From assembly GCA_000092065.1 (NCBI GenBank), contig CP000597.1: a stretch of 64,000 bases of DNA, one strand, 5' to 3'. Source of the stretch: Ostreococcus lucimarinus (Eukaryota). Shown here piece by piece: positions 26,238-35,318 of the stretch. The notes below the pieces were generated by a model. The model saw only the letters and a program-made list of their open reading frames with translations, was not told where the DNA came from and made no database searches. The translations under genes were made by a program, and so were the position numbers. Positions within the stretch are counted from its first letter, which is position 1; each line of letters begins with the position of its first letter.

Positions 26238-26930
26238 ATGTCGGCGTCGCCGCGATTGAGCGCGGTGCGGCTCGCGGCGAGCGTCGAGGCGCGCATCGAC
26301 GAGACGCGCGAATCGATCGAACACGTGCGAATCGCGTGCGAAGCGGCGACGGAGGCGGCGCGGATCGCCGAACGGGACGCGAGAGGGTCGTCGAAGGCGC
26401 TGCGAGCGAAGGTGGAGGCGCTGTGCGAGCTGAAGCGGGAGAAGCTGGCGCGGGTGGACGCGCTGGAGGCGCTGCGGCGAGAGTACGAGTGCGCGGCGAC
26501 GACGGAGTTTAATTTTGAGGAATACCTGACGAAGAAGACGAAACATTACGCGAGTAAGCGTCGACAAGAGTTGGAATACTTGATAGCGTTCGATGAGGCG
26601 GTGCGGGGGGTGGATGGGGACGATTTGGACGCGGATTTGGTGTTGGACGAAGAAGACGGGACGGCGGGGGCGAGAAACGCGAAGTGTCCGCTGACGGCGA
26701 AACGGATCGAGGCGATCGATGAGCCGGTGGAGGATAAGATGGGATTCATCTACGAGAAGGACGCGATCATGAGGTACATCGGGTCGAAAAAATCGGTGGA
26801 TTGCCCAGAGGCGGGGACGAGGCACAAGGTGAGTAAGGCGGATCTCAAGCCTTCGCGGACGGCGCTCAAGATGAAACAAAGAGCCGAGGGACTGGACGAG
26901 GACGATTCCGGGCAGTTACTGTCGCCGTGA
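26238..26930 (+). CDS. NSE2: NSE2/MMS21-like SUMO E3 ligase (SP-RING, zf-Nse2) of the SMC5/6 complex.
   Basis: C-terminal SP-RING signature: KCPLTAKRIEAIDEPVEDKMGFIYEKDAIMRYIGSKKSVDCPEAGTRHKV (C-x...H...C.P..G). An N-terminal coiled-coil region is also typical of NSE2. ATG at 26238. The upstream part of the track ORF is antisense to the neighbouring gene. Confidence 0.65.
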   Translation: MSASPRLSAVRLAASVEARIDETRESIEHVRIACEAATEAARIAERDARGSSKALRAKVEALCELKREKLARVDALEALRREYECAATTEFNFEEYLTKKTKHYASKRRQELEYLIAFDEAVRGVDGDDLDADLVLDEEDGTAGARNAKCPLTAKRIEAIDEPVEDKMGFIYEKDAIMRYIGSKKSVDCPEAGTRHKVSKADLKPSRTALKMKQRAEGLDEDDSGQLLSP

Positions 26931-27048
26931 GCGAGCGCGCGAGCGAGCGAGCACGAAACGATGTACGACCGATCGCGCGACCACATAGGAGAGGAAAAAT
27001 ATGTTATTAGATGTGATTATTACCGAGAACAGAAAAATTCACGCCCCA

Positions 27049-28773
27049 CTAATAAAGACCGATCACCTTCCACCAAAGACCGCCGAAGACGAGCCAGATG
27101 AGAACGTTGGCGACGCCACAGATGGCGCCGATGCGGAAGTAATCCTTAAGCTCGACGAAGCCGGCGCCGAAGTAGCACGCGGATTGCCCCGAGGCGTAGT
27201 GCGTGATGCCGCCGAAGAGGTTGGTGTGGAAAGCCATGGTGAGGCCGACCAATATGGGCGGCGCGCCGGCAGCCATCATCATCGCCATGAACGCCGTGGA
27301 AAGCGCGGCGACTTGCGCGGTTTGAGACGCGAACAAGTAGTGAATGGAAAAGTAGCAACCGTGGAGCAAAAGCATGACTTGCGGCCACGCCAAGTTGGCC
27401 GCCGTCAATGCGCCGGCGACGGTGGTGGAGAGATAATCGATGAAACCCAGGGCGTTGAGCTGACCAGACATACCGATCAAGACGGCGAACCACAACAACG
27501 TATCCCAAGCGCCCTTTTCGTTCAAGCACTCGGCCCAGGAAATGACGCCGGAGATGAGTTGAAGGGACATCCCGAACATGGCGGCGACGACGGGCGCGAT
27601 GCCAAAGGGTTGGAAAATCCACATGAACACCGTGATGCTCATCGTAGCGACGACCATGAGCTCATCTTGAGACAAAGGACCGAGTTCTTTCAGCTTTGCC
27701 GCCGCCTCCGCGGGAGCGTCGGGCGTGCTTTGCACCTCCGGTGGGTACAACTTGTACACCAAGAGCGGGGTGACGAGCAAACCGATGATCGCCGGGACGC
27801 ACGCCGCCTTGAACCACGTGATCCACGGCGAAGCGACGATGATGCCGAGAGAAGCCGCGAGCTTGAGACTCAACAAGTTTTGAGCCGCCGCGGTCATGCA
27901 CATCGCGCTCGAGTGTCCGCTCGATTGCAGTTGCGTTTGCACCAAAAACGCCCCGAGCTTGCGCGACGTCGGCCCCGGCTCTGACCCCGCCTGCTTGGCG
28001 AGGGACGTGATGATGGGCAAGTACACCCCACCCGCGCGCGCCGTCGTGGACGGCATCGCGGGCGCGAGCAAAGCCTCAGAGATGGTCAGACCGTAAGACA
28101 GACCGAGCGTAGACTTGCCGAGCGCGCGCACGAACATCGTCGCCACGCGGTCGCCCAACCCCGTGCGCACGAAACCGCGCGCGAAGAAGAACGCGAGCAC
28201 GATGAGCCAAATCACATCATTCGTCATCGCTCCGAACGCCGCTTGAAAGCTCAGCGTCTTCGTCACCACCGCCGTGGTCAACCCGACGAACGCCCACGCC
28301 CCCACCGGCAACGGCCCCAACACGAGCCCGCAAATCGTCGACAAAAAAATGCTCAACAGCGCCCACGCCTGCGGCACGACCGCCTCCGGTCGCGGCACAA
28401 TAAAGTTCACCACCAACCCCACGCCCACGGACGCGGCGAGCGGGACCAAATTCGCTCCCTTCCACACGAACGGCGTCGCCGCCGCGCTCGCGTTCGCCGC
28501 GCGCGCCGCGCCCGCGACCACCGCCTCTCGCCGTCGCGCTCGCGTCGCGCCCGCCGCGCCTCGCGCGCTCGCGCACGTCGCACACGCGCACGCGCGCGCG
28601 TGCGCGTCTCCGCGCGTCGTCGGCAGCGCCATCGTCGTCGCCGTCGTCGTCGTTCGCGCGCGTCGTCCCGTCGTCGTCGTCGTCGTTCGCGCGCGTCGTC
28701 CCTTCGTCGCGCCGTCGCGCGCGCGCGCGTCGACGCGCGCGCCGATCGCTCTCGCGCTCATCACCGCGCGCAT
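27049..28773 (-). CDS. Plastid dicarboxylate (2-oxoglutarate/malate) translocator of the DiT1/DiT2 type, DASS family, with an N-terminal transit peptide.
   Basis: About 12 hydrophobic segments and the DASS/DiT signature ISEALLAPAMPSTTARAGGVYLPI. The N-terminus (MRAVMSARAIGARVDARARDG...TTTTT...) is Ser/Thr/Arg/Ala-rich. Start taken at the ATG at 28771-28773. The upstream 190 codons of the track ORF cross an AT-rich promoter-like region (~28860-28930) and are rejected. Confidence 0.8.
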   Translation of the reverse strand: MRAVMSARAIGARVDARARDGATKGRRARTTTTTTGRRARTTTTATTMALPTTRGDAHARACACATCASARGAAGATRARRREAVVAGAARAANASAAATPFVWKGANLVPLAASVGVGLVVNFIVPRPEAVVPQAWALLSIFLSTICGLVLGPLPVGAWAFVGLTTAVVTKTLSFQAAFGAMTNDVIWLIVLAFFFARGFVRTGLGDRVATMFVRALGKSTLGLSYGLTISEALLAPAMPSTTARAGGVYLPIITSLAKQAGSEPGPTSRKLGAFLVQTQLQSSGHSSAMCMTAAAQNLLSLKLAASLGIIVASPWITWFKAACVPAIIGLLVTPLLVYKLYPPEVQSTPDAPAEAAAKLKELGPLSQDELMVVATMSITVFMWIFQPFGIAPVVAAMFGMSLQLISGVISWAECLNEKGAWDTLLWFAVLIGMSGQLNALGFIDYLSTTVAGALTAANLAWPQVMLLLHGCYFSIHYLFASQTAQVAALSTAFMAMMMAAGAPPILVGLTMAFHTNLFGGITHYASGQSACYFGAGFVELKDYFRIGAICGVANVLIWLVFGGLWWKVIGLY

Positions 28774-29022
28774 CGTTCGCGTCGAGCGTCGCGCGCGCGC
28801 GTGTGCGGCGTCGCGCGCGTCGAGGTCGTTAGGGCAAATCGAGGCCCCCTCGGAGATAAATGCCGGGAATCGCGTATTCGACGCGTTCGAACGCCGTGTA
28901 TATATATCCGAATGTCCGAATTCATACATCACCGCGCACTGAATGCCCACACGAAGGCGCGCCGACGTCGCCCGCCCCCGCGCCGCGCGCGCGCGCGTCG
29001 CCACACGTCGACGCCCGTCGAC

Positions 29023-30001
29023 ATGTTCACGCTCGCGACGCGCCCGACGACGACGCGCGCGACGCGCGTCCCGACCGCGAGCCGACGCCGCTCGACCGCC
29101 GTCGCGCTGACGATGCGCGCGTCGACGACGCCGAACGCGCTCGCGCTCGGCGACACGCCGCGCCGAGTCGCGCTGCAGCGCCGACGGATGACGACGACGA
29201 CGGCGGCGGCGCCGCGAGGCGTCGTCGCGGCGACGGAGGTGCGCGCGCGCGAGCGATGCGATCGACAAAAATTTGCGCGAGCGATCGGGGAGGCGCGGGA
29301 GGCGCGGAGACGCGCGCGGCGCGCGGGGGGGGGCGAGACGACGCGCGAACAAACCCTGGATGGGGTTTCGAGGCGTCGCGCGCGATGGCGCGATGGCGCG
29401 GTGACGCGCGCGGGGGGGGCGACGCGGACGCGCGCGCGCGGTGGAGAAGAAACGAGCGCATCGCGCGGGCGATGCGGGGGACGACGCGCGCGCGAGGAAG
29501 GGGTGGGAGGCGCGAGAGAACGAGAAGGCGATAGGGTTGGCGCTCGGCGGCGAGGACGGCGAGGACGCGGGCGCGAGGGGCGCGCGCGCGATGGACGCGC
29601 GTGGGATATGGAGTACTGACGATGTGTTGATGTTTTACCGCGCGTAGGTTGAAGCCGAGAAGAAGGAGGCGGTGTGCTACTTGCGAGGCGTGCGCATGTC
29701 GGCGTCGAAGATTCGTCGCGTGTTGGACGTCATTCGCGGGAAGAGCTACGAGGAGTGCTTGATCATGCTTGAATTCATGCCGTACCGCTCGTGCGAACCG
29801 ATTCTTAACGCGCTGTTCTCTTGCGCGTCGAACGCGAAGAACAACATGGGGATGAACAAGGCGAAGCTGTACGTCTCGGAGTGCTACGCGGACGGCGGGG
29901 CGACGATGAAGCGTTTCCGCCCGCGCGCGCAAGGGCGTCCGTTCTCCATCCGTAAGCGCACGGCGAGCATCACGCTTAAGATGGCTGAGCGTGAAGATTG
30001 A
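29023..30001 (+). CDS. Nuclear gene for organellar bacterial-type ribosomal protein uL22. Proposed two exons: 29023..29238 (transit peptide) and 29648..30001.
   Basis: Exon 2 encodes VEAEKKEAVCYLRGVRMSASKIRRVLDVIRGKSYEECLIMLEFMPYRSCEPILNALFSCASNAKNNMGMNKAKLYVSECYADGGATMKRFRPRAQGRPFSIRKRTASITLKMAE, a clear L22 fold signature (RxSxxKxRxVxDxIRGK...NA.NN...L.V......G...KR...RA.GR...I.KRTSHIT). Its 5' end coincides with a TAG|G acceptor at 29646-29647. The in-frame upstream exon MFTLATRPTTTRATRVPTASRRRSTAVALTMRASTTPNA... is transit-peptide-like and ends at a GAG|GTGCGC donor (29239). The exon-1 model is tentative. Exon 2 alone has confidence ~0.8. Confidence 0.55.
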
Positions 30002-30304
30002 GCGAACACACATTTATTTGGCATGAGACGTTAGTAGGCTTAGCAACGAACACACCTTAAAATCCGCGAGCGCGCTCGCGTTGTAACGCACGACGCGCGT
30101 TCATTGAATCGATCGAACGAATCACCGAATCGCCGCACCTCCGACGCCATCGCCCGAGCACGCTTCCGCGCGCGCAACCGTCTACATATTTCATTACATC
30201 ACGACGCCGCGCGACGCGCTCGCGCGCCGACGACGCGTCCTCGCCCGCGCCGCTCCGTCGCGTCGCGTCGATCGCCGCCCGACGTCCCGGCGCCGTCCTC
30301 GCGC

Positions 30305-30475
30305 CTACCGCGCGCCCTTCGCCTTGGCCTCGCGTCGCTCGATCGCGACGTCCATCTCGTCCTTTCGCACCTTCATCACGGTGTACCAGTACGCCGCCCC
30401 GCAAAACGTCAACAGCGCCCCCGCGATCGCGGCGTTCCCCGTCGCGCGCGCCGCGTGTCGCTCGCTGAACGCCAT
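30305..30475 (-). CDS. Possible small single-pass membrane protein (56 aa): MAFSERHAARATGNAAIAGALLTFCGAAYWYTVMKVRKDEMDVAIERREAKAKGAR.
   Basis: ATG-initiated C-terminal part of a longer Arg-rich ORF, with one clear hydrophobic helix. No homology recognised. It could be spurious. Confidence 0.2.
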   Translation of the reverse strand: MAFSERHAARATGNAAIAGALLTFCGAAYWYTVMKVRKDEMDVAIERREAKAKGAR

Positions 30476-33053
30476 CTCGCGCGCGCGCGTCGAGCGATGC
30501 TTCGCGCGTGTCGACGCGCCGCGCGCCGCGGACGCCGTCGCGCGACGCGAGCGACCGTCGCGCGCGTGGGAGTGGCGCGAACCGGGCTTCGTTCGTCGGA
30601 CGGCGAACGTCAGTCGTCGTCGCGCGGCGCGACGCGCGGCGCGACGCGCGGAGGCGATCGTTCGACGCGAAAAAATGTTTCGGTGCGTTCGACGCGCGCG
30701 AGGGCGCGTCGAGGACGTCGCGCGAGGTGGACGAGGGGTGAATGCGGCGACGCGCGAACGCATCCGCGCCGCCGGACGACGCGCGAATGAACGGCGTGAC
30801 GACCACACATGCCGCCCCAGTCAGACGACGTTTCGGCGTACGTGGTGATTGGTTTAAGTATACAGTCATGCACGCATGATCGGACCGTTCGTTCGCGACG
30901 TCGGCGCGGAAGGGGCGCGAGGATGGAGAGGTGGAGATGGAGGCGGCGACGACGCGGCGGCGCGGCGGCGCGGCGCGTTTTTCGTTCGTTCGTTCGTTCG
31001 TCATCTGAGCTCGGGAACGCGCGATGCGCGTCGTGAAGAATCGCGAGGAAGATCGAACGCTATTAACCCAGCTCGCTTTGAGCCTCGGCTTTGAAGAGAC
31101 TTGTTCCAAACTACACGACAATTGTCTGAGCGAAATTCGCGCCGACCCGCGCGCGGGAACGAGGAAGATGACGAACGGACGAATGAATGCATCGATGAAC
31201 GCGGGAGATGAGACGGGATGAAGTTTGTTTGTTTCGCGCACTGACGTTGGATTCGGTCGTCGCGAATTCGCGAAATCGCAGAGAACGAACGCGCTCGGAG
31301 ACGCAGAGGCGGGTGGACGTTTGTTTGGTTAAATGAGGTGCGTCTCGGACGTTCTTGTGTTTTCTCTCTTCTTCGCCGAAAAGCGAATCGTTACGGAAAT
31401 GAGGACCTCTCTTTCCCCAATTGATCGAAGATGAAAAGCATATAGAAGGCCGGTGCCACCGGCTATACTTGCCAGTATTATCTGATCCGTCAACGATTCG
31501 CCGAACGCATTCGGCGAAGAATGGTTTTTCTTTTTTCTGTGACCGAACGAGGGACGACGCGGACGACGACGCGGGCGCGACGAGCGCGCCCAAAGATTCT
31601 CTGGGGCGTCGCGCGAGTGGAGATGAGGAAATTGATGGTCCGTGTTTACGAATTACGGTGATGAGACAACAAACATCGGGTGTGACAACCCAGTTCCGAT
31701 CTGTTTACGTTCTCGAAGGCCCCCATTGGTCGATGCGTCGTCATCGTCGTCCACGTTATTCGCGTTTTCACATCACTCGTTTGTTTGCTTCGCTAAGTTG
31801 GGCACTTTACTCCGTCAGTGTTTCTTTGCCCCGTTCCCTAGAAGCTAGAACGATAGGTCGGCCCGTTGAATCGAAGCTTCGGGTTCGGTCGCGCAACTGG
31901 TTTCTCGCTATGTTTATTCGCTGCTTACCGCGGGTAAATACATTGAGGCCAGACATCTATCGATGCATTTACGATGACCATTTCGTCGCGCGGGATCGCC
32001 GAGTGGTTTGCGGGCTGTTACTTCAGGCAGCCGGGCGTGGAATCCCATCCATGTTTGGCGTTAATCAGCCCGTAAAGTAACGAGCTCGCATTCTGAGCGG
32101 CCGCGGGGAAGTTACTTACTATCTCGGCCCCGATGCAGTTTGCTCTGGAAACCGGGCTTACACCTACTTCTGCCTTACCTCTGTTTTCGAATCTCTCATC
32201 TCGCGCGTTTTCTCGGTCACTCACCGAGTTGTTTAATTTTCCCATCGCAGAAATCGCTAGCGTCGAGCTTTCCAAGACGACGCGAGCGTACACGGGTAGA
32301 AGTTTTATAGGTGCGTGCATCGTCGAACGGCGCGAATGTTTCGTTTATTTTCTATGGATGCGCGTCATGGCGAGAGTGATGAAATGGTGATGATTGCGAT
32401 GATTATAACCTCGAGGCTGTTTGTTAGAAGGCCATGTGCCTGTGCGCTCAATCACTTCAAAAACGACTTCTCCTTTCGCTGAGCAATCATCACTTCAATG
32501 TTAAGAACTCTCGTCGGCACAGCCGATGATGCAGCAATTTCGTGTGCAGCGCAGTACGTCGTCGGGGAATCTGGATTTCCAGGCGAACCTTCCTCGATCG
32601 CGGCGTATGAGAATCCGTTCTCGGCTTGGCACAAATCGCGCGGTTACGCCGCTGTCTGAGGCTTGTCGCTGACCATCTTTTTTCTTTACTCGTGGCGAAC
32701 AAATTTCACCATACTGACCCCGATCGTTTGGGTTTGCGCTCCACTCAGTACACATAGGATATAGACGGTTAGATGCATAGATGATTAGAGATTTGGTTAC
32801 GACTCGAGCGCGAACGACTTCGCGAGCGGCGCAAGGACATGACGAAATACCATTGTTTCACGACGGTCTTCTGATGCCTCGGTTTTGATGACTTGCATGG
32901 TGCTAGTACTCCGATCCTTTCTGTCGCTCGCACGTCGTTCGTACGACGAATCATTAGCGCGCGCGCGCACCGTTTGTAAAAATAACGTCGCGCACAAAAA
33001 AACTTGTCTGGCAATTTAGCGCAAAGCCGCGTCTCGTGTTACAAAAAAACTAA

Positions 33054-33668
33054 TCAAGGACACATCAAACTCAGCGCCGTGATGTTCCCAGTCACCGGAT
33101 TCTCCCCATCAGCCACCTTACACAGTCCCGTCAGCACATCCTTTCGCACGATCACATCCGACCAGTCACTATTCGTAAGCTTCACCTCGTCCAACTGCGC
33201 GCTGCTCACGATGGCGCCGCTAAGAATCGCGTTCGTGAAATCCGCTCCCGTCAGGTTCGCCTGCCCCAGGTTTGCGTTGCTCAAATTCGCGTTCACAAAC
33301 GTCGCGTTGGATAAATCCGCCCCGAACAGCGTGATTCCGGTCAAATTCGCGTCGTTGAAGTTCGCGCGCTTGAGCGACCCCTTCGTGAAGTACTCGCCGG
33401 TGCCCTCGAAGTTCTTCCCGCTGTAGTCGTACCCATCGCACGAGTTCGTCGCGCACTCGCTCGTCTGCGGGATCGCCAGCGCGACGGGCGCCGCGGACGC
33501 GCTCATCGCGAGCGCGGCGAGCGCGGCGACGAGCGCGGGCGCGGCGTCGGACCGCGGTGACGTCGTCGGGACGGCGCGCGGCGGGACAGCGCGCGCGCGC
33601 GGCGCGGTGACGCGGTGCGCGGGCGCGCGGGCGATGGGAGCGAACGTCGTCGTCGCGGTGGCGCGCAT
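33054..33668 (-). CDS. Pentapeptide-repeat protein with a bipartite, thylakoid-lumen-type targeting sequence.
   Basis: Tandem A(D/N)LxG pentapeptides: ANFNDANLTGITLFGADLSNATFVNANLSNANLGQANLTGADFTNAILSGA. The N-terminus is Ser/Thr/Arg/Ala-rich, followed by the hydrophobic AAPALVAALAALAMSASAAP...ALA, which looks like a cleavage site. ATG at 33666-33668. The track start at 33743 is a TTG. Confidence 0.8.
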   Translation of the reverse strand: MRATATTTFAPIARAPAHRVTAPRARAVPPRAVPTTSPRSDAAPALVAALAALAMSASAAPVALAIPQTSECATNSCDGYDYSGKNFEGTGEYFTKGSLKRANFNDANLTGITLFGADLSNATFVNANLSNANLGQANLTGADFTNAILSGAIVSSAQLDEVKLTNSDWSDVIVRKDVLTGLCKVADGENPVTGNITALSLMCP

Positions 33669-33746
33669 TCGGCGAGCGTGGGGCGGTGCGCGCGGAGATG
33701 TGAGGTGGTTTAAAGAATCGGTGAGTTGGAGTAAAAAATGCAAGCG

Positions 33747-35132
33747 TCAACGTCGCCGCTTGACGCCGTGGATGATGGAGGCGTACAAATCGAACTGAAA
33801 GCTCGCGGCGACGTCGTCAGCGAATGGATAAGGCGCACCACAGCGGTACGCGGCGACGAGACCGGAAATGATGGCGATCTCGTGCGTGTTGACCGAAGTG
33901 TACGAGCCGGCGTAGAGCGTACGACGCTTGTTTTGGACGAAACGCCAAAAAGGTACGGCGCGCGTGAAATGCCGAACCGTGTGGCCGAATTGTCGCCACC
34001 ACTTGACGAGTAAAACGCGATTTGGGTCGATTTCGTCGCGAGTCCATCGCGATTTGTCTTTTGCGGCGTTCAAGAAGATGGATTGATACACTCGCTCGCC
34101 GTTCGCGCCCTTGGCGAACGGTTGGTACGCCGTCAGGTCGAAGCTCATCTCGCACAGCGACGGATCATCGTCGTAAGATTTGATAAAGTACATATCGCGC
34201 ACGTCTTCCGCGACTTCGTAGTGCTTCTTCATGTAAGCCTCATCGGAATGCGTGACGGAGACGTCGTCAAAGTACTCGATGTTGTTGAAAATGTGGCGCT
34301 CCATCATCGACGTCCCCGTGCCCGCATCGAGCATCGCCTTCGACTGCTCGGTGTTACACGCGAAAATCACGCGATCGCACTCTCGCACCTCGATCGCCCC
34401 TTCGGCGTTTTCAAAGTGCACTCGAACGCACTTTTTCTCGCGCTCAACCTTGACCACGCGCGCGTTCAACGTCACCCGACCCCCGTGACTCGTTATGTCC
34501 TCCCCGATCCGACGATACATCTCCGAAAACTTTGGAAACGCAAACATTTTCGGCGCTTCGCTCATAAACCGCACGGGATCGTAATCATACAACCGCAATC
34601 GATCATCGTTGAACACGCGCGCGAGCACGATGCTGCTCACCTTGCGCGTGCAGTTCCCCGTCCCAAAAAACAACGCCGTCGTCGCGTACACCATCCGATC
34701 CCGAAACGCCTTCGAGTGTCCGTGCCATCGCAGCGCTCGCTCCACGCTCACGAACGCGTACAGCGCCTCGAACCGTTTTATGCGTTTCAGCGTCTTTTCA
34801 AACCTCGCGATGTCGTCTCGCAGCGCTCGCGTCAGCGCCGTCGCCTCCCCGTGATTCCGCCAGTGCGCCTCTCCTCGCCCGAAGCTCACTCGGACGTCCA
34901 CCCAATGCGGCGTCTCCGTCCCGCACGCCTCCATGATCGCTCGCGCGTTCGCGTAGCTCGTCGCGCCGCCCTGCACGCCGTCGTTGATGGTCGTCCCGCC
35001 CACGACCTCGCTCGTCGCGACGCCGCCGAGCGCGTCGCCGCGCTCGAGCGTCTCCACGTCCGCGCCCGCGCGCGCGAGCGCGAACGACGCCGCGCACCCG
35101 GCCGCGCCGCCGCCGACGACGACGACGCGCAT
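33747..35132 (-). CDS. FAD/NAD(P)-binding oxidoreductase of the amine-oxidase/desaturase-like flavoprotein superfamily.
   Basis: N-terminal dinucleotide-binding motif VVVVGGGAAGCAASFALARAGADVETLERGDALGG (GxGxxG plus an acidic residue at the end of beta-2). The size is 460 aa. ATG at 35130-35132. It lies only 78 bp upstream of the pentapeptide gene on the same strand. Confidence 0.7.
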   Translation of the reverse strand: MRVVVVGGGAAGCAASFALARAGADVETLERGDALGGVATSEVVGGTTINDGVQGGATSYANARAIMEACGTETPHWVDVRVSFGRGEAHWRNHGEATALTRALRDDIARFEKTLKRIKRFEALYAFVSVERALRWHGHSKAFRDRMVYATTALFFGTGNCTRKVSSIVLARVFNDDRLRLYDYDPVRFMSEAPKMFAFPKFSEMYRRIGEDITSHGGRVTLNARVVKVEREKKCVRVHFENAEGAIEVRECDRVIFACNTEQSKAMLDAGTGTSMMERHIFNNIEYFDDVSVTHSDEAYMKKHYEVAEDVRDMYFIKSYDDDPSLCEMSFDLTAYQPFAKGANGERVYQSIFLNAAKDKSRWTRDEIDPNRVLLVKWWRQFGHTVRHFTRAVPFWRFVQNKRRTLYAGSYTSVNTHEIAIISGLVAAYRCGAPYPFADDVAASFQFDLYASIIHGVKRRR

Positions 35133-35318
35133 CGCGCGCGTCGCTCGCGCGTCGGCGTGTCCCGACGGTTCGCGTCGCGTGACGTCACCCCGCACACGAC
35201 GACGCGCGCGCGCGCGCGCGATCGCGCGCGCGCGACGGCGGCGAGGCGCGCGCGACCGACGCGCGGCGACCGACGCGCGGCGAACGCGCGCGACGCGACG
35301 CGCGCGCGAGCGAGAGAG

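Noticed and set aside
27001-29619. Long Arg/Gly/Asp-rich ORFs on the plus strand (27001..27984, 28243..29619, 28274..28942, 28860..29534) overlapping the DiT transporter gene and its promoter.
   Set aside because: They are typical GC-rich antisense or alternate-frame artefacts: low complexity and RRRR-rich. Only the segment 29023..29238 is retained, as a candidate transit-peptide exon of uL22.
30057-31241. 394-aa minus-strand ORF and the overlapping 30104..30790 and 30324..30848 plus ORFs.
   Set aside because: Arg-rich, compositionally driven, with no recognisable domain. Only the tiny ATG-initiated hydrophobic segment 30305..30475 is kept, as a very low-confidence feature.
34083-35318. First 412 codons of the 34083..36767 plus ORF.
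   Set aside because: This part is antisense to the FAD oxidoreductase gene, is His/Arg-rich and has no motifs. The PUS1 homology begins only after the ATG at 35319.
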